NCBI GenBank assembly: GCA_965208575.1
Contig: CBDBOV010000004.1
Span: forward strand, 224,001 to 288,000
DNA: 64,000 nucleotides
DNA from: Spirochaetia bacterium
Lineage (GTDB): Bacteria > Spirochaetota > Spirochaetia > SZUA-6 > Bin103
Reading direction: 5' to 3'
The position numbers and the translations under genes were made by a program. Positions 58,701 to 64,000 of the stretch are shown here, piece by piece; the first letter of the stretch is position 1, and each line of letters begins with the position of its first letter. The notes under the pieces are model-generated. The model was not told where the DNA came from and made no database searches. It saw nothing but the letters and a program-made list of their open reading frames with translations.

Positions 58701-59624
58701 TCAGCGGTGCGCCGTGTAGCGCTGCGCGGGCGCCGCGGCGCAGAGGGCGGCCGCTTCGCCGTCGCCGAGAGGAGTGCTGGCCGTGGCTGCCACGTTGTCC
58801 TGCAACTGTACGAGGCTGCTCGCTCCGGGGACCGCGGCGGCCACGGCAGGCGCCGCCAGTGCGAAGCGCAGTGCACTCTGCGCCGGCGAGCGCCTGGCCG
58901 CCGCGCTGACGTCGCCGAGTACCTGCTGGATTGCCGCTACCCGTTCCCGGTCATGGCCCAACTCGGCACGCGATCGCTTACCGTGCCCGCCGCATGGCGT
59001 CGGGCCGGCAAGCAGCCCCCTGGCCACCGGTCCGCGTACGATCACCGAGATGCCGCGGTCGCGCAGCAGTGGCAGCGCCTGTTCCTCGGGGCGGCGGTCC
59101 AACACGCTGTACTGCATCATCACGCTGGCGACCGACGAGCGCGCCGCGTACTCGCGGATCACGTTGGGACGGATCGAGGAGATGCCCCAGGCGCGGATCG
59201 TGCCGGCCTGCCGCAGCGCTTCGAAGGTGGCGATGACGTCGTCGATCGGGTCGTCGATGGTGCCGCCGTGCAGTTGATACAGGTCGATGTAGTCGGTTCC
59301 CAGGCGGCGCAAGCTCGCCTCGACCGCGCCGCGGATATAGGCCGGTGACGGATCCCAGTCCCAGCCGTCGCCGCCGGCATGCCAGCGGTTGCCCACCTTG
59401 GTGGCGACGATCACCTCCCGGCGGCGCCCGCCGAGCGCGCGCGCGAGCCGCTCCTCATTGGCGCCACGCTCATACAGGTCGGCGGTGTCGAAGAAATTGA
59501 CGCCGAGGTCGAGCGCACGGTGAACGATCGCATCGGCCGCATCGCCCGCCTTCGCCAGCGACATGCAGCCAAGGCCGATCTCGCTGACCGACAGGCCGCT
59601 CGATCCCAACCGATTCCGTTTCAT
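58701..59624 (-). CDS. Aldo/keto reductase
   Basis: LGCM, FDTADLY, ATKVG, SLRRL.TDYIDLYQLH. Confidence 0.93.
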   Translation of the reverse strand: MKRNRLGSSGLSVSEIGLGCMSLAKAGDAADAIVHRALDLGVNFFDTADLYERGANEERLARALGGRRREVIVATKVGNRWHAGGDGWDWDPSPAYIRGAVEASLRRLGTDYIDLYQLHGGTIDDPIDDVIATFEALRQAGTIRAWGISSIRPNVIREYAARSSVASVMMQYSVLDRRPEEQALPLLRDRGISVIVRGPVARGLLAGPTPCGGHGKRSRAELGHDRERVAAIQQVLGDVSAAARRSPAQSALRFALAAPAVAAAVPGASSLVQLQDNVAATASTPLGDGEAAALCAAAPAQRYTAHR

Positions 59625-59728
59625 GGCGGCAGTCTATCATCGACGTGATCCGGTCGTGTCCGTGTGTCGGGTTGTCCGCGCCTGCTCCGGATTGACAGCG
59701 GCCCGGCGGATGCGCACGATTACCGCCG

Positions 59729-60670
59729 ATGCAGCGCACCGCGGTAGAGCCCCTGGAAGTGCGGAGTACGCCGCTTGCCGTGCGCATCATCCGATCCTAC
59801 CAGTTGTACCTGCTCCTGCTGCCCACCGTCGCGCTGGTGTTCATCTTCCAGTACGTGCCGATGTACGGCGTCACCATCGCGTTCAAGAATTTCAAGCCGC
59901 ACCTCGGCATCATCGGCAGCGACTGGGTCGGCCTGCGCCACTTCATCCGCTTCTTCGAGTCACCGAGCTTCTGGCGGCTGATCCGCAACACCATCTTCCT
60001 GAGCGGTTACGAGTTGCTGGTGGGATTCCCGATCCCGATCATTCTGGCGCTGATGATGAACATGGTGACCGGCGCCCGCTTCAAGCGTACCGTGCAGATG
60101 GTCACCTACGCGCCGCACTTCATCTCCACCGTGGTAATCGTCGGCATGCTCGGCGTGTTCCTGTCCAAGAACTTCGGACTGACCAACCACTTCCTGGACG
60201 CGCTCGGTGGCGAGCGGGTGTTCTTCCTCGGCAAGGAGCAGTGGTTCCGGTCGCTGTACGTGTTCTCGGGGGTGTGGCAGAACGCCGGCTGGGGCACCAT
60301 CATCTACCTGGCCGCGCTCAGCGCGATCGACCCTGAGCTGCACGAGGCGGCGATCGTGGACGGCGCCACCCTGTGGCAGCGGGTGTGGAACATCGACATT
60401 CCCGGCATCCTGCCCACCATCGTCATTCTGCTCATTCTCAACGTCGGGCAGATCATGGGGGTCGGCTTCGAAAAGGCGTTCCTGATGCAGAACGCGCTCA
60501 ACCTGCAGGTGTCGGAAATCATCTCCACCTTCGTCTACAAGGTGGGACTGCTCGACGCCCGGTTCAGCTTCTCGGCGGCGGTGGGCCTGTTGAATGCGGT
60601 CATCAACTTCGTGCTGCTGGTGTCGGTGAACCGGTTCGCAAAGGTGCTCGGGCAGTCCGGGCTGTGGTAG
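59729..60670 (+). CDS. Carbohydrate ABC permease (LplB-like)
   Basis: PMYGV.IAFK, YAPHFIS, EAAIVDGA. Confidence 0.92.
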   Translation: MQRTAVEPLEVRSTPLAVRIIRSYQLYLLLLPTVALVFIFQYVPMYGVTIAFKNFKPHLGIIGSDWVGLRHFIRFFESPSFWRLIRNTIFLSGYELLVGFPIPIILALMMNMVTGARFKRTVQMVTYAPHFISTVVIVGMLGVFLSKNFGLTNHFLDALGGERVFFLGKEQWFRSLYVFSGVWQNAGWGTIIYLAALSAIDPELHEAAIVDGATLWQRVWNIDIPGILPTIVILLILNVGQIMGVGFEKAFLMQNALNLQVSEIISTFVYKVGLLDARFSFSAAVGLLNAVINFVLLVSVNRFAKVLGQSGLW

Positions 60671-60689
60671 CTCAGGCAATGGTAACGCC

Positions 60690-61601
60690 GTGGCGGTGAC
60701 CGCGCTGTCGCGGCAGGACCGCGTATTGAACGCGATCCTGTACCTGTTGCTGTCGCTGATCCTGGCGGCGGTGGCCTACCCGCTGTTTTTCGTGCTGATC
60801 GCATCGATCAGCGATCCGGTACTGGTCAATACCGGCAAGGTGTGGATCATCCCGCGCGGCCTGACCCTGGACGGCTACGCGCGCATCGTGCAGCACGAGG
60901 ACCTGTTGCGCGGCTACCGCAACAGCCTGGCGTACGCCACGCTCGGCACGGCGCTCAACCTCGGGTTGACCCTGACCGCCGCCTACGCTCTGTCGCGCCG
61001 CGACCTGCCGGGCCGCAACGCGATCATGCTGTACCTCACCTTCACCATGTTCTTCTCGGGCGGCCTGATCCCGACCTTCCTGCTGATCCGCGACCTCGGG
61101 CTGTACAACTCGTTCTGGATCATGATCCTGCCCGCCGGCGGCAGCGCCCTGCACCTGGCGGTGAGCGTGTTCAACATCATCATCGCCCGCACCTTCTTCA
61201 TGAACACCATTCCGCAGGAGCTGCTCGACGCCGCAGTGATGGACGGTTGCAGCGACCTGCGCTTCTTCCGCTCGGTGGTGCTGCCGCTGTCGGGGGCGAT
61301 CGTCGCGGTGCTGATGGTGTTCTACGCGGTCGGCCACTGGAACGGCTTCTTCCATGGGCTGATCTACCTGCGCGAGCGGGAGCGGTTCCCGCTGCAACTC
61401 ATCCTGCGCGACATCCTGATCCAGAACACGTTCACCGAGGAGCTGGAGATCGACGACGAGAACGCGCTCGCCGCCATGATGCTCGCCGAGTCGATCAAGT
61501 ACGGCATGATCATCGTGGCCAGCGTGCCGGTGCTGATCCTGTACCCGTTCGTGCAGAAGCACTACGTGCGCGGCGTGATGATCGGCGCGATCAAGGGTTG
61601 A
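60690..61601 (+). CDS. Carbohydrate ABC permease (LplC-like)
   Basis: AYALSR, FSGGLIP, DAAVMDG, GVMIGAIKG. Confidence 0.92.
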   Translation: MAVTALSRQDRVLNAILYLLLSLILAAVAYPLFFVLIASISDPVLVNTGKVWIIPRGLTLDGYARIVQHEDLLRGYRNSLAYATLGTALNLGLTLTAAYALSRRDLPGRNAIMLYLTFTMFFSGGLIPTFLLIRDLGLYNSFWIMILPAGGSALHLAVSVFNIIIARTFFMNTIPQELLDAAVMDGCSDLRFFRSVVLPLSGAIVAVLMVFYAVGHWNGFFHGLIYLRERERFPLQLILRDILIQNTFTEELEIDDENALAAMMLAESIKYGMIIVASVPVLILYPFVQKHYVRGVMIGAIKG

Positions 61602-61655
61602 CCGACCGTTGATCATTCGCCGGGATTGGCGTAGGGTGGCGCCATCTCAAGGAGG

Positions 61656-63275
61656 ATGCTTGTGAAAGGAATGCATCGTTTCGCCGCTGCCGTGCTGGCA
61701 GCGGTCTTGGTTCCCGCCGGTGTGTCGTTCGCCGCGGGAGAGGTCGAATCGGGTGCCGAGGCCGCCGGCGACCGGCTGGCGGAGGTTGGCTTCAACAGCG
61801 CGGGCTACCCGATCGTGGACACGCCGATCACCGTGCAGGCGATGATACGCGGCGCCGCTCACGTGCACTACGAATTCGACGACATGACGCTCATCGCGGA
61901 CCTGCAGGAGCGTTCCAACATCGACCTGGTGTTCGAAACCGTGCCGGGTGCGCAGGCGGCCGAGAAGCGCAACCTGATCTTCGCCAGCCGCGAGTACCCT
62001 GACCTGATGCTCAACATGGGGGTTTCCGACCGCAACCTGTGGGGCGCGGCCCAGGCCGGCGACGTGTGGGCGCTCGACGAGATGATCGACGCCTACGCGC
62101 CGAGCTGGAAGCGGGCGTTCGCCGAACGGCCCATCGTGCGCAAGGCGATCACCCAGCCGGACGGCAAGGTGTACAGCCTCCCCTACTATCGCGAGATTCT
62201 CAACGACTATGGCATCCGCGACACCATGGCGATCAACGTGGACTGGCTTGCCAAGATGGGCATCGACCGGGTCCCGGAGACCACCGAGGAGTTCTACGAC
62301 GCGCTCAAGGCGTTCCGCACCGGCATCGACAACGGCACCCTGCCGGAGAACGGCGTACCGTGGCTCGGGCGGTTCCACGCCTGGGGCAACGGCGGCGAGT
62401 GGGAGCTGTACAACGCCTTCGGCCTGTGGATGAAGGGCCAGGGCTCGGGTGCCGAGAAGTACCTGTCGGTCAATGACGGGGTGGTGGAATTCGGCGCCAC
62501 CGATGCCAAGCTCAAGGATGCGGTCGAGTTCCTGCACCGCCTCTACTCCGAGAGCCTGATTACCGAGGAGTTCTTTACCAACAAGGGGTCCGACTTCACC
62601 CCGAGGTCGCGCTCGGTGCCGCCGATCTCCGGCTACTGGGGCTCCTATTTCATCACCTCCCCGGTGGAGGAGTTCTACGATCCCCTGCCGCCGCTGATGG
62701 GCCCCACCGGCGTGCAGCGCTACCGCTCGCAGCCGGTGCGCCTGCAGAAGAACCAGTTCACGATCTTCAGCAAGTTCGAGTACCCGGAGGCGCTGGTGCG
62801 TTTCATCGATCCGTGGGCGGACGACACGTTCAGCGTCGAAGCCTCCTACGGCGGGCCGCTGATCCGGCAGGAGTCTGACGGCACGCGCACCGTGACCGGC
62901 CGCGGCGTGGACTGGTTCGAGCACGGACCGCACAACTTCTTCCCCACCTACGTGTCGAAGCGCGCCGCCGACAAGGTGAACTGGACCGGGGAGCAGGGCA
63001 ACCGCGACCGCTACATCCGCGAGATCTACGAGCCCTACCTGTGGCCGCAGGAGCGTCATTTCGCCTACATCACCTACACCGACGAGGAGCAGGAAGAGCT
63101 TGCGGTGAGCAGTACCGAAATCGCCAACTACATCCAGACCTCGATCGCCAGGTGGATGGTGGACGGAGGAGTCGACGAAGGCTGGGACGAGTACCTGAAT
63201 GAGCTTGACCGGCTCGGTCTGGACAAGGTGATGGAGATTTTCCAGACCGCGTACGATCGCTTCCACGGCAACTAG
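61656..63275 (+). CDS. Carbohydrate ABC solute-binding protein (start may be 61662 or 61671)
   Basis: Signal peptide; GFNSAGYPIV, DGKVYSLP, PETTEE; paralog of 14900..16555. Confidence 0.9.
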   Translation: MLVKGMHRFAAAVLAAVLVPAGVSFAAGEVESGAEAAGDRLAEVGFNSAGYPIVDTPITVQAMIRGAAHVHYEFDDMTLIADLQERSNIDLVFETVPGAQAAEKRNLIFASREYPDLMLNMGVSDRNLWGAAQAGDVWALDEMIDAYAPSWKRAFAERPIVRKAITQPDGKVYSLPYYREILNDYGIRDTMAINVDWLAKMGIDRVPETTEEFYDALKAFRTGIDNGTLPENGVPWLGRFHAWGNGGEWELYNAFGLWMKGQGSGAEKYLSVNDGVVEFGATDAKLKDAVEFLHRLYSESLITEEFFTNKGSDFTPRSRSVPPISGYWGSYFITSPVEEFYDPLPPLMGPTGVQRYRSQPVRLQKNQFTIFSKFEYPEALVRFIDPWADDTFSVEASYGGPLIRQESDGTRTVTGRGVDWFEHGPHNFFPTYVSKRAADKVNWTGEQGNRDRYIREIYEPYLWPQERHFAYITYTDEEQEELAVSSTEIANYIQTSIARWMVDGGVDEGWDEYLNELDRLGLDKVMEIFQTAYDRFHGN

Positions 63276-63288
63276 CGGCGCACGGTGG

Positions 63289-63333
63289 TCTGCGTTCGGA
63301 GTCTGTCGCAACCGGACAGACTCCGGACGCGGA
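63289..63333. terminator. Long inverted repeat after the SBP gene (terminator or mRNA-stabilising hairpin)
   Basis: CTGCGTTCGGAGTCTGTC-GCAACCG-GACAGACTCCGGACGCGG. Confidence 0.55.
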
Positions 63334-63433
63334 GTCCGCCCCCCGCCCCCCGCGTCCGCGCTTCCGGCGCAACGCCAAGCTTGCAGCTTGCAGCTTGCAG
63401 CGCGCCGCGGGCGGCGGTGTATGCTCGCAGTCG

Positions 63434-64000
63434 ATGGCAGTGCAGCTTGGTATCGCACCGATTGCCTGGAGCAACGACGACCTGCCGCAGTTGGGCGCCG
63501 ACACCCCCCTGGAGACCTGCCTGCGGGAGAGCCGCCTGGCGGGATTCACGGGTGTCGAATCGGGCGGCAAGTTTCCCCTGGACGCCGCCGCGCTGGGGGC
63601 GCAACTGCGCGCGCATGAGCTGAAGCTGGTTTCCGGCTGGTTTTCCGGGCGGTTGCTCGACGGTTCGGTAGCGCGCGAGCGGGAGCGCATCGAGCGGCAG
63701 CTCGCCACCTTCAAGGCGCTCGGCGCGCCGGTGCTGGTGTACGCGGAGACCACCGGCAGCGTGCAGGCGCAGCAGGACGTGCCGGTGAGCCGGCGCCCCG
63801 CCCTCGCCGACTCCGACTTTCCCGACTACGGGCGCGAACTGACCGAGTTGGCCGACTACCTGGCAGATCGCGGCGTGCCGATGACCTACCACCACCACAT
63901 GGGTACCGTGATCGAGACCGAACGCGAGGTGGACCTGCTGATGGCCCATACCGGGCCGTCGGTGGGCCTGCTGGTCGATACCGGCCACATGGTGTTCGCC
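63434..64000 (+). CDS. iolE: myo-inosose-2 dehydratase (partial, runs off the window)
   Basis: MAVQLGIAPIAWSNDDLP.LG, GF.GVE.G.KFP, YHHHMGT, DTGH (manual translation). Confidence 0.9.
   Translation, partial: MAVQLGIAPIAWSNDDLPQLGADTPLETCLRESRLAGFTGVESGGKFPLDAAALGAQLRAHELKLVSGWFSGRLLDGSVARERERIERQLATFKALGAPVLVYAETTGSVQAQQDVPVSRRPALADSDFPDYGRELTELADYLADRGVPMTYHHHMGTVIETEREVDLLMAHTGPSVGLLVDTGHMVFA

Noticed and set aside
63376-63402. GCTTGCA heptamer x3 upstream of iolE
   Set aside because: Real, but too short to support any function from sequence alone

Overview
High-GC bacterial chromosomal window. The gene order (rpsF-ssb-rpsR-DUF2232-rplI-dnaB; maf-rpsB-tsf-frr-cdsA-rseP-WD40) suggests a Spirochaetota genome. 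The sterol-desaturase, PhyH, FN3-lipoprotein and eukaryote-like content would fit a host-associated lineage such as a sponge symbiont; both points are inference. The left ~37 kb is accessory. It carries sugar catabolism and ABC uptake genes and a bacterial C11orf54/DUF1907 homolog next to a PanE-like reductase. It also has a decayed defence-like island (SWIM-SNF2 helicase with an MNT/HEPN-like tail; AlbA_2/HATPase-TPR gene with an internal deletion), an intact IS1634 with a 6-bp target duplication, a tandem array of diversified FN3 lipoprotein genes built on duplicated VOC gene remnants, and a Lol/MacB-like export operon with a duplicated permease. The right ~27 kb is mostly core (PBP1A, gcvH, mutL, ribosomal and replication genes). 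It contains an IS110 element whose non-coding end shows putative bridge-RNA target and donor guides. A ~195-nt structured, promoter- and terminator-bounded RNA candidate with a hammerhead-core-like motif lies directly upstream of PBP1A. Two frameshifts sit in short homopolymers and may be sequencing errors. All homology calls come from motif recognition, not database searches.
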